In this document: positions 24,506 through 35,492 of the stretch, piece by piece
How positions within the stretch are numbered: position 1 is the first letter of the stretch
Layout of the letters: each line of letters starts with the position of its first letter
NCBI RefSeq assembly: GCF_001194135.2
Contig: NC_068982.1
Span: forward strand, 119,346,454 to 119,386,239
Source: Octopus bimaculoides
Taxonomy: Eukaryota
DNA: 39,786 nt
Direction: 5' to 3'
Notes under the pieces: model-generated
Databases searched by the model: none
The model's input: the letters and a program-made list of their open reading frames with translations, nothing else
What the model was told of the DNA's origin: nothing
Program-made: the position numbers and the translations under genes

Positions 24506-25984
24506 TTAGAATGAGTACTAAGAAAACTCGCTTAGGATGAAATGAAAATGTGAATTAGCGCAAATAGAATAACACATAAAGTTTTTTTTTTAATATTTTG
24601 ATATCCAAAGTCCTACAGTGGATGCATAAATATAGTAAGTCACTGTTTATTGAAAGAGGTACAATATATTTTTATCTACCACCCATTTGACTACTCTTAA
24701 ATAGAATATTTTCTGAATTATGTAAGTGTTTCAATATAGTCATATTGGACATAGTTACATTGTTTATGAGGCATTTGAATATGTTCAAGACATGTTATTA
24801 AACATAGAGTGGTGTCACCCCTCAGCTTTCGCTCTTAAAGGAACTCATAATTTCTTTTCGTTCTTTCTCTGTATAATCTCTTTTCTTTCTTTCCTTTGTT
24901 CTATTCACAGGAACACTGACAAATGTAAAGATATAGGTAGAAGATCAAAGCAAGAAACTTTTGAATATGCATGTAAGCATAGCGGAAGTTTTTTGTTAAA
25001 AAGATGTATAAGAGTTTGACAATAGTCGTTGGTTGTGTGTAGAGTGGTACCAAGAAATGTAACGGTTTCTATTTTTAAGAGACATGAAATGTGGATTTTA
25101 TATATTGCTTTTGTCTCTTCGAATTGTATCCTCCTTAGGTCCTGTGTCATTGTGTTAGCCTCATTCAAACAGAGAAATTGCATTAAGTGTACATGTCTTC
25201 GCGGAAGTAGTATTTACTGATATATGAATATCAGAAGTAGAAATTTAACTGACGCCAATATCCAAATGTTCATAATCCGATAGGACAATAGGTGTATGCG
25301 CATGCCTACCTGTCTGCATGCACGCATGTATGTATGTATGTATGTAAGGAGAAGGAGAACTCTGACAAACAACCTCAGTTGCATTGCGGCTACATGGAGA
25401 AATAGGGGAAAACATTGGGAGTTAAGTCAAAAAAAGATATCCGGAGCCGGAGTTCATAAGAATTTCAATGAAGAGGAGTTTACTAAACAACTGGTGCAAA
25501 GGGATAAACCACAAGTCAAAACGGTCTTCGTGCCAGTGGACTCAGATTCCCGAGGCTGAAGGAGTGGATTTGCCATTGTCACATAGCGTCCTCACTATAT
25601 TTTCACACAAAGAATTTTATGTTGTACACTCTCGTTTCTTTTCGTTCCAGTCCCACAGTGACGAGAGATTACGGGTGAGATTACAGCGAAATTACAGGTG
25701 AAGGTAACTAGATAGTTGCATGAAGGTGTATGAAGCTGGTCCTTCATACACCTGTATGAAAGTGGCCCTTGAACAAATAGTAAGTCTTCTCTAAACCCAT
25801 GCCAGAGAAAGAGTCTGGCAGCATTGAGGGCAAACGGGTAGTCCTTTCTAGAACAGTACTACTTAGCTTGAAATAAGGTAGAGGGCAGAAAAAAATGACT
25901 GCGCTCATGTTGCTCATACAAGCAAGGGCATCTAGTACATCATTTTTATGTTTGTAGCAACACTTTTGGCATAACTGTCAGCAT

Positions 25985-26975
25985 AAAAAAACACTGAACT
26001 CTTCTATCAGTTACGTCCCGGTAACAATCTAGAAATCTTGCCCAGCGTGATTGTTGAAGGAAAAGCTTTGAAAACATTTGATGCTTTCATGCATTTTTCT
26101 TCCACAATAACTCGACAGGGAGTTCTAAACTAGAACTAGTTACGCCGGTACAGTTTTTAGAAGTTCTATGATCGACTTTGAAATGCACGTGATATCTCAA
26201 TACGAACAAAAACAGATATGTATAAGTTAGTTGCTCTAGCAACTCTTTTATATGGAGCAGAGACCTGGACACTTTGTAAGCATATCAGGCAACTGAACAG
26301 CTTTTGTTGCATAAAGTTATGTGGGGTGATGCAGTAAAGAACAGCACTATTCTGGAAATATGTGGAATACCCAGTATAGAAGCTTTCTTATTCGAGCCTC
26401 AAATGCGATGCTCTGGACATATCCTACGCATGAATAATAGTCGAATACGAAAAAGAAATATCTTATGATCAGCTTGTAAATTTAAAATGTTATGCAGGCC
26501 GGTCATTTCTACGGTATACGGACAATACCAAATATGACTTGAATCGCCTGAATATTAGGAAATGAAACTGAGAATCTTGCGAGAAACAGTGCAGAAGGGA
26601 GGAGACAGTACTTTTTTCAGTTTCAAAATTTCGAATCTCAAAAGTATTTCATCAAGACTAGTTACCCGAAAATAGAAACATATATTAACAGATCAACATT
26701 GTTCCTGTGAACGACCATTGATCACATAGTGATTTCTCAGTTAGATTATGCGCCAGTTTAGTAAGTCATGCCCATATCCATATTCTTTTCGGTGTCCTGA
26801 GAACTCGCATGGAGTCACCAGGTGAAATGATTGAATTGTAAACATTGGTGAATAGTAGTAATAGCAAAATATGGGCCTTTTGTTGATTGTTTATTTGGTT
26901 GGAATTTTTTCTTTTCTCTTCTCGGCGAAAACTCATACGTCATCTTCGACGGGAGTGTCCATCATCTATATAGAT
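25985..26975 (+). mobile_element. Decayed RTE-clade LINE, RT C-terminus, zinc-finger remnant and 3' end
   Basis: TELFYQLRPG..PSVIVEGKAL; RDISIRTKTDMYKLVALATLLYGAETWTL; WGDAVKNSTILEICGIPSIEA; QMRCSGHILRMNNSR; RLCASLVSHAHIH; terminal gtcatcttcgacggg. Confidence 0.85.
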
Positions 26976-27322
26976 AGATAGTGAGAGAAAGATGGAGGGA
27001 CATAGTGAAGAGAAAGAGTACTGCCGACTAAGTTTGTGTTTTCAGGAGAAGAGGGAATGAAATGTCGGTCTACTCTGATAGAGACAAGTTGATTTTAGGG
27101 AACTGTGTACGGAAGGTAATTTGTGATTAAATATATAAAATGGTGCAATGGTGATGTGGTAGTTTAATGACGACGTTGATTCGACATTGGAGACAGTATA
27201 ATGCTTGTGCTTGAAATTCATATGCTTGGCAGTAATGTATTTTGAAAGTTTCTTAATATCAAAGTGGTTCCTGTTTATGTTTAATTTCACGAGACAGTCA
27301 ACAAGTCCCCAATTCTCAACAG

Positions 27323-27403
27323 TTTAAACCTGAAGTTCTACTTGATGGACATCAATCATGACGAATATAGCAAAGTTGCTACATACTGGAAATGAGTCAT
27401 TTC
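27323..27403 (+). other. Candidate exon D (81 nt): LNLKFYLMDINHDEYSKVATYWK then in-frame TGA
   Basis: Acceptor ccccaattctcaacAG, donor TTC/GTAAGA; peptide resembles the last ATD strands of iGluRs; stop at 27393-27395. Confidence 0.35.
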
Positions 27404-27484
27404 GTAAGAGAATGGTCCTGGTACTCCGCATTACACGCATGCACCAACGCTCAAATATACACATAAGCGTCTTATTTCACGCAG

Positions 27485-27515
27485 CAAACAAAACAAACAT
27501 GGACAGACGAAATAC
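27485..27515 (+). other. Candidate 31-nt exon E
   Basis: Acceptor tcttatttcacgcAG, donor TAC/GTAAGT; all three frames open. Confidence 0.3.
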
Positions 27516-27605
27516 GTAAGTAAACTTCACTCATACTCGAGTGTATACATGGCCTTTTATGCTTAGACTCATTTTCAACTATAATACATATTCGCTTATA
27601 CACAC

Positions 27606-27690
27606 ATAGTTTATTATACATGAATATATGCACACTGAACCCCATTCATGTGTAATACATATAGTGTATTATACATGAATATATGCACAC
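27606..27690 (+). repeat. 30-bp direct repeat, period 55
   Basis: atagt(t/g)tattatacatgaatatatgcacac at 27606 and 27661. Confidence 0.9.
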
Positions 27691-28244
27691 ACAACACAAC
27701 TGATACAAACTCACACTTTAAGCGAAACATCCTATTTCTCTTTTCACTCCAATCGATCAACCGTTATATCAACCATTCATTGCACATTAAATACAGTTTT
27801 CCTCTCCCTTCTTTTCTCTGCTAGTTATATTTTTCTTTTATCTGTTTCTCTTAAGAAGAAACATTATCCGCAGCGTAGAAAATACTAATTATTTTATTCC
27901 TTTCATCACTAAATAATCCTTTTTTTTTTTCCACTTCCGCTCTTCCGATATTTTCCTGGAATTTTACGTCATTGTCCTATAGTTAGACACTGTCTGTCAT
28001 GGATCATTATATGGGAATTATACTGAATCTATGGTCATATATATATATATAAAGTTCCTGGCTTTCGGTAAAAGAAAATACAAGAGTATCTCTTGATTAT
28101 GATATTATTCCACATAGCCCGCTCTTGGATTCACATACTTATTGCAGCGGTCCTACGGTTTCTCGCAGTTCTGTAAAAGAACTTGGAAGTTCTAACCAAG
28201 ACTTTCACATTATCTTGAAAGCCTTGAACTTTTCAACACCCCAC

Positions 28245-28281
<37 letters not shown>

Positions 28282-28821
28282 TAAATATTTATATATATAN
28301 NNNNNNNNNNNNNNNNNNNNNNNNNNNNNNNNNNNNNNNNNNNNNNNNNNNNNNNNNNNNNNNNNNNNNNNNNNNNNNNNNNNNNNNNNNNNNNNNNNNN
28401 NNNNNNNNNNNNNNNNNNNNNNNNNNNNNNNNNNNNNNNNNNNNNNNNNNNNNNNNNNNNNNNNNNNNNNNNNNNNNNNNNNNNNNNNNNNNNNNNNNNN
28501 NNNNNNNNNNNNNNNNNTATTCTGAAATATTGAATATTGAATATTAAATATTAAAGGACTAGTATATTGCCTTACATTTTAGCACTTTTCAAGGTCCCAT
28601 ATTATGACAGGAATGTTTCAACTGTAGTTGACTGGCTGTCTTTTTTCCTTTATATACATACCTGTGGACAGCAGTAACGGTTGTTTGGCTATTTTTAGAG
28701 ATGATGCCAAACTATTTTTCAATGTTTATTCTTAGAAATGATGACAGCAGTACGTTTCAGAGATTTCTTGTGTTTTATTTATAGGGATAATAATTTTAAA
28801 CCCCAAATAAGATTAATTTAA

Positions 28822-30810
28822 TCATTGTTTGTTAAGCTTGGGTTTGAATTCTTTAATAAAGTCCTTTTCTCTCAGCAGCTTTCTTTCAATTTCATTCAGG
28901 TCGTAAAGTTTATGAAATGAAAATATAAAAGTTTTCCGACCACATGTTGTTAGATGGTTACTCAGTGATATTTGGCGGACTTCTGGATTTTAATTTGTTG
29001 TCGATGCACACGTGAACGTTCTGATAGTGCATTACAGTCTGGCCAACGAAAAGTTCTTCACAATTTGGGCATTTGATGCAGTAGATTAAATTTCTGCTTT
29101 TGAAGTTCATGTTCGTGTTTGTGAATATTTTCCCTGTTTTTGTGTTCATATATGGGCCGGTATGAATTAATTGGCATGTACCGCATCGGCTATCAATGCA
29201 TTTAGACACAGTGAATGACTGATTTTTGTTGCTAACCTTGCCTTTGCTAATAACTTTTTCAAGCTTTTAGGTTGTCTCTTACTGAGAGTTATAGTTTTAT
29301 CTGTAATGATATTACTCAATTCCTTACTTTATGTAATGATTGGTTGGTTTGTTTTAGCGATATTGAAGATATTGAAGAAGCAGTGTCCTCAGTTGTTGTA
29401 TGGGTATATTCAAAGCCTGCTGAATACCATTTCTGTAAGTTGTGACGGGTAGTTTTGTTTGAGCAGAAATTCTTTCAGTTCCATCAGGCGCTGATTTCTG
29501 GTCTTTAGATCCTCTACTATGGTATAGATTCTTCTGGCTAAGCAGTATGGGATGTTACGTTTTGTATGCGGTGGATGGGACGATTTAAAATTCAGGTATT
29601 GATGTGTATCTGTGTGTGTATAATGTATATATGTGGTAATGGCGGTGTTCTTTTTAATTACCATTATATCTAGAAATGATAATTTGGTACTGCTCATCTT
29701 TGTAAATTGGATGGATGGGTGTAGGTTGTTTAGGACGATATTGAATTCTTCCACACTGCTTTGAGATTTTGTCCAGTTTATGATGCAATCGTCGAGGTAT
29801 CTCTTCCATGTTTTTTTCAATACACTTACTAAATTCAGTGCTGTAACTCTCCTCTGTTTCCTGGTAGAGATTTTGTTCTAAGTATCCTATCACCGAGTTC
29901 GCATAAACGGGAGCAAACCTCGTTCCCATAGCCGTGCCTTTAATTTGGATATAGTCTTTTCCATTGAAGAGGAAAGTGTTGCTTTCCAGAATAAGTCTGA
30001 CTGAGTCTAATATAAATGTTACTGTGAATCTGTTGGGAATTGCTTCTCTATGTTTATCTACCCAGTATTTGATCGCCTTTATTCCTAAATCATGTGAGAT
30101 ATTGGTGTAAAGGCTTACTACATCAAAACTTAGTAGAATTGAATTTGTTTCAGTGGTTTTGGGAAGATGGGATAGAAAATCGATGTCATCCCGAATGAAG
30201 CCGGGTATGTAGATACATAGTGGCTTCACAATAATGTCGATGAAATTGCTTAGACGGTTGGTCGGGCATGCTGGGCCAGCTATAATTGGTCTAAGTTTTA
30301 AATCTTTTGTATATAGCACTTTCATGTATTCACTTCCTTGTTCTTTTACTGCCTGTTGAATGTCTTCTGACTTATGTATTTTTGGTAAGCCATAAAAATT
30401 GCTGAGTTTTGGCTCGAAATTGGTGATGTAGCCTCTTTCATTGTCAGTAAGTGAGATGTAGCGTTTTGAAAGCAGGTGGCTGATCTTCTTCATGATGCAG
30501 TGGTCTATATTCGAGGGTATTTCACAATAGAAGGTTGTATCTTTCAGATGGTCCTCAACCAAATCCTTGTAGTATTTCACATCCATGATAACCATTGCTA
30601 CCGCTTTATCTGCTTGTTTAATTATTATTGTTTCATCGTTTTGTATGCGTTTAAGTGCAGATATCTCTGATCTGTTAATGTTCGCCCTAACTTTGGTATT
30701 TTGTTTTAGGGAAAAGTTTGATAGGGTATCAATATACTGGTCAAGGTAGATATGTCTGCCTTTTTGTGGGGGCGAAATTTGATTTATTCCTCACTAAGGA
30801 ATCTTCAGCT

Positions 30811-30884
<74 letters not shown>

Positions 30885-31128
30885 GGTGGTGGTAAAGAAT
30901 TCCACAAGTCGTAACTTGCGACAGAATTTCTGGATATTTTCCTTTAGTTCATGGTGGTTGACTGTTGGTGTTGGTGTAAATTTCAGGCCTTTTTACAAGA
31001 GTTGGGTTTCATCATTATCAAGATCTCTTTTGGAAAGATTATAATTATCTTAGGATTTATATGTCCAGTTGTCTTGGATATGTTTCCTCTTGGAATATTT
31101 CTTTCTCTGGTGTTTGTTTTCCTGACAT
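28822..31128 (-). mobile_element. Near full-length, frameshifted Penelope-like element (Neptune-like): N-terminal domain, RT, Cys linker, GIY-YIG
   Basis: GLKFTPTP..FCRKLRLVEFF; ALKRIQNDETIIIKQADK; FYGLPKIHK; LRPIIAG; SFDVVSLYTNI; GTAMGTRFAPVYAN; WKRYLDDC; SHPPHTKRNIPY; CIDSRCGTC; LIYCIKCPNCEELFVGQT; EKDFIKEFKPKLNKQ* (stop at 28822-28824). Confidence 0.95.
30813..30884. repeat. (ATT)24 inside the PLE ORF
   Basis: 72 bp, read as poly-Asn on the minus strand. Confidence 0.97.
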
Positions 31129-31153
31129 TAAAAAATGAAATACATATATATCA

Positions 31154-31235
31154 TGTGTGTGTGCGTGTGTGTGTATGTGTATGTGTGTGTGATTGTGTGT
31201 GTTTATGTGTATATGTGTGTGTGTTTATAGGTTAT

Positions 31236-31270
<35 letters not shown>

Positions 31271-31271
31271 C

Positions 31272-31314
<43 letters not shown>

Positions 31315-31315
31315 T

Positions 31316-31350
<35 letters not shown>

Positions 31351-31362
31351 GTAGATAGATAG
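31154..31362. repeat. (GT)n then (AGAT)n microsatellites
   Basis: Directly visible. Confidence 0.97.
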
Positions 31363-31636
31363 AGGAGAATGCGAAAACGAAGTATGTAGTAGACGAGTAC
31401 CAAGAAATGTGTGTAGATTGATCTCGATCCAATTTTCTTTATGAACGCTACATACTTATACAAAAAGCAGACGAGTACACGTTTCGAAGAGAATAGCTTG
31501 TCACGACAAGTATATATACTGTTGTTATCGCTACGTTTCATTGACAGATGACACTAAAATCTGTTAATCTGCGCAAAAAGAAAATAAGAATTAAAATACT
31601 TTTTTGCTTTCTTTTTCTTTTTTGCATCCTAATCAG

Positions 31637-31649
31637 AGTAGAATATTTG
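31637..31649 (+). other. Candidate 13-nt micro-exon F (SRIF+g)
   Basis: Long polypyrimidine tract ending ctaatcAG; donor TTG/GTGAGC. Confidence 0.25.
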
Positions 31650-32489
31650 GTGAGCAGATTAAGAAATTCACTTATACTACATTAAGTGAATCAGCAGCCA
31701 TTGTTCCGAAAATAAAAACAAATTGGCAAAGGAAAAATAAACGACTTACAACGTCATTGGAATGGTTATACATTCAGCTTTTGTCTCTATGCTACGTGCG
31801 CGCGCGTCGCATGTGTGTGTGTCTGTCTGTGCGTGCGCACGTTTATGTGCGTGTCGGTTACTGCGCATATGTATCTATGTCTCCACTCTACATAATTGCG
31901 TGAATGTAGGTATTTTTGAAAAGCTCTATAGCTGTCGTTTGTTGGATTGTTCATTTGTTTTATGGTGGCTGTTTTACGACACTAAAAGAAAAATATATTG
32001 AACGACTTCAAGATTCAATAAAGTTGCATTGTATGTTATTAGATGCTGAACTAATTTAGTTTATTTATACAAGTTGATAAAGAGATCACTTGCCCATTGA
32101 TAATATCAGTCTAAAAGATAGAAAAGAATCTATAGTCATAGGTAATGTCATGTAAATTAAGCAAAATATATCGAAATCATAGATATTTACGTCCTTTTTC
32201 TATGTCGTATAAGTGGCGACCAATTTGATTCATCACACATAAAGAAAGATGTTTATTTTTGTAGTCATTATGTAAACATTTAAAATAAATCTTGAAAATA
32301 CAAGAATTCGAATGTTAAGCGAATATATCATATAGGGTGTTTGCGACATGATATCATACAAAGAAGAGTTAGTACAGATAAACTGCTACTTAGTATCAAG
32401 TTAACCTTCACTTCGTATGAGTTATATATGAACTAAATTTCTGTAAACTATAAAAATAAGTTGAAAGCGGAATGTGGTCTGAAGGTATG

Positions 32490-32580
32490 AGGAAAGATTT
32501 TCCATATGATGCTGTGCAGTGGAATCGAATTTTGACCTAATGTATTGCGTATTATTTTTTTATTAACTACACAAGCATCC
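32490..32580 (-). mobile_element. Decayed SINE head fragment (23175-23590 type)
   Basis: gatgctgtgcagtggaatcgaattttgacctaatgtattgcg...ttaactacacaagc. Confidence 0.4.
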
Positions 32581-33170
32581 TTTTCTGTTAAAAGAATTTT
32601 TGATATATGTTGTATGGTTTATCTTCTTCCATTAGTTTTATTTGTTAATTAAGTTATTGATTTCACACATATGCATTTTCTTTAAATGTATATAAAACAT
32701 TTCCATTCGCCCTTCACGTAAGTGGTTCCTGTGGCAGTTGTGTTGGTTGTTATTTAACTCCAGGTCATATCGAACCAAATGAAATCTCTGATCAAATGTA
32801 TCTTTTCGCGATTTTCCGGTTTTATTTTCTGTATTTAAGAAATGAGATTATAAGAAAGTTCGACTGTTAAGTCTTTCAGATCAGGTGACTGAGTATGATA
32901 TTTTTTTAGCCTATAATATATGGGGTGAATCTGCTTTGAATAAGATTTGTAATCTTTCCTACGTGCGATTTCTGCACGCTGTACATGGCTGACTATTAAA
33001 TATGACCTGAAAAAATATTATTATCAATAAATAGATATTGTTCCATCTTAATATGAATGGATGAAGTATCAACATATAAATGATAATGACTATTGCCTCA
33101 CAATAATTGCTTACTTACAAGGAAATACTTTAGCCATATTCTGTTTTATTGTGATAGTTTGTAATTTCTT

Positions 33171-33495
33171 CCTGGCACTCCGTCGATTACGACGACGAGG
33201 GTTCCAGTTGAATCGATCAACAGAAGTGACTTCCGTGAAATTAACGTGCAAGTGGCTGAGCACGCCACAGACACGTGTACCCTTAATGTGTCTCTCAGGT
33301 AAACACAGCGTGACTCAGAGTGTGACAAGGCTGGCTTTTTAAATGCAGTTGCTACTCATTTTTGCCAGCTGAGTGGACTGAGGCAATGTGAAATAAAGTT
33401 TATTGCTCTAGGACACAACGTTTCGGCTGGAATTGAACTCTTGACATTACGATCATGACCCGAATTACCCTAACCACTAAGCAACGCGCCTTCAC
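33171..33495 (-). mobile_element. CORE-type tRNA SINE, well preserved; same family as 22841-23150
   Basis: Reverse strand gives ggcgcgttgcttagtggttagggtaattcgg...gagttcaattcc...tgtgtcctagagcaataaactttatttcac..cagtccactcagctggcaaaaatgagt. Confidence 0.85.
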
Positions 33496-34628
33496 TTAGT
33501 AATTTATTCAACTGGAATTTAGTGCAAATGATACAATGCTTTTGAATAAGGGTCTTAGGTAAGTTAAGGCGACAACTGAGGGTACCATCATAGAATGATA
33601 GGAGTAACATGAAGTCTTATATTGCAACTCAGGAAGTCTTACGCTAGCACTTATTACAGTTACACAACACACACACAAATATTGCTTAAGAGAAATTCAT
33701 AGAAATCAAAATCTCCAACTGTACTGTCACTGCAGTGATGTTTTCATTTCTATGGTTCACCTGCGTTTCTGAATTGATAAGGTTGCGGGAAAAGATATCT
33801 TGAGGTATTGACTTGAAACCCATTATTTCGCAAGCTAATCTTCGCCATAGAACACCTTAATTATTCTGAGATACATCAAACAAACATCAATAATATATAT
33901 TGGTGATTGAATTAATTATAGCTCTCTTCAATAATGTTTTCGTTTTGTAGCTACGCAAGAAATAGATATATTTCAAACGGAGAAGCAACTATGATACCAT
34001 ATGTAGCTCTATACGTACGGGTTCCCAAAAAGATTTTAATCTGTGGGTGTATCCATGCCACACTACCATCGCAGTAAATGTTTTGAATTTATTCCTGTTT
34101 TCACCCAGAATTATTTTATTTGAGTCGAGACAAAATCAGCAATGCAATATTTCAAAACAGTTTTCTCTACGAACCATTGAAATCAAGTGTTCTGCTGTAA
34201 ACGACATCCAAACTTCATAATATCACACTCTACCGTCTGAAAGAAAATAACAAATTGAATGATTTAATGCTAGATGTATCAAAGGACAGGATAATCGTGG
34301 CTAGTTCACGTTTTTTTTTTTTGTTTATCGGTCTGCTTTATCAAAGCTGATTTGTGGCTAAAGAACTGCATCAAAATTCCCCTTTACGCTATTTTTTCAT
34401 AAGTAGAACTCTTTAAAGTAATTTGGAAATAGTTTGAATCATGACTGAAGTTTCACCTTTCATCATAATCATCCGTTCACTTACACAAGACATTACTTCT
34501 AACTGCCAAGGTCGGTGGACTTTAAGAATGAGTAAAACGACAGGTAAAATGGCTGGCGTTATTTGGTTGAGGCAATTTTCGTTCTCACTTCAAATGTAAG
34601 TACAAATTTAACATGTGTAGTTTTACAG

Positions 34629-34675
34629 GCGTCGCTGAAATAATTGCTGTTTACTTACTGGGATCGATTTCATTG
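34629..34675 (+). other. Candidate 47-nt exon G (phase 1->0): GVAEIIAVYLLGSISL, hydrophobic
   Basis: Acceptor gtagttttacAG, donor TTG/GTAATT; in phase with F. Confidence 0.25.
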
Positions 34676-34710
34676 GTAATTTCAATCCAGTACATTCGAG
34701 GTCGTGTCGT

Positions 34711-34750
34711 TATGTAAGATATTAGTGACCTATGTAAAATATTAGTGACA
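34711..34750 (+). repeat. 20-bp tandem duplication
   Basis: tatgtaagatattagtgacc / tatgtaaaatattagtgaca. Confidence 0.9.
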
Positions 34751-35392
34751 TGCACAATATTTCGTTGGAAGAGATATAATCTGTACAATCAGTCAGAATA
34801 CTTGATAGTTGTGTAGTTTATCGACCGAGTAGATGAAAGTTACATGTAGCTAATTTTTATAATTCACATCTGAGTGTAAAGAGATGTAACAAACATGTGC
34901 AAACATTTTGTCCATTTCTCAACAGATGATGCTACTCCATCACTCCCAATTAATACAACTTCCCAGTTGACATTAATGCCTTTTAGATGCTTCTATAATC
35001 TCATCTTCTTCTCTTAATAGCGTGTAGTTCTTCTACCTGATCTATAAATTGATATTTCGTTAATGAGAATGTATTAAAATGAAACTGGTTGGGATCAAAT
35101 ATTTAGTGAGTAAAAAAACCCGCAACAATTAATATTATATTAACAAAGTCTAATTTGCATAAGGTTTGACACGTAGCGAAATCTAATTTCAACAATCTAA
35201 ATTTAATGAATCTCTGGAAAGACAAGAAACCGTGTAGGATTTTATAGTTATACATAATATAACAATGAAAAATTAAAATAAGGATATTTTGGGATAAACC
35301 ACGTGCGAATAATATTCAATAAACGTTCACAATTTAATATGGATATTAACAATCCCTTTGGTTCACCAGGTGTAAAACAGCTAAATATTATT

Positions 35393-35396
35393 ACAC

Positions 35397-35464
<68 letters not shown>

Positions 35465-35492
35465 AAGCACACACGCATATACACACACACAA
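35393..35492. repeat. (AC)n microsatellite
   Basis: Directly visible. Confidence 0.97.

Noticed and set aside
27046-27115. 70-nt segment with strong acceptor and donor
   Set aside because: Its open frame (phase 2->0) does not join exon C or D; it illustrates the background rate of pseudo-exons.
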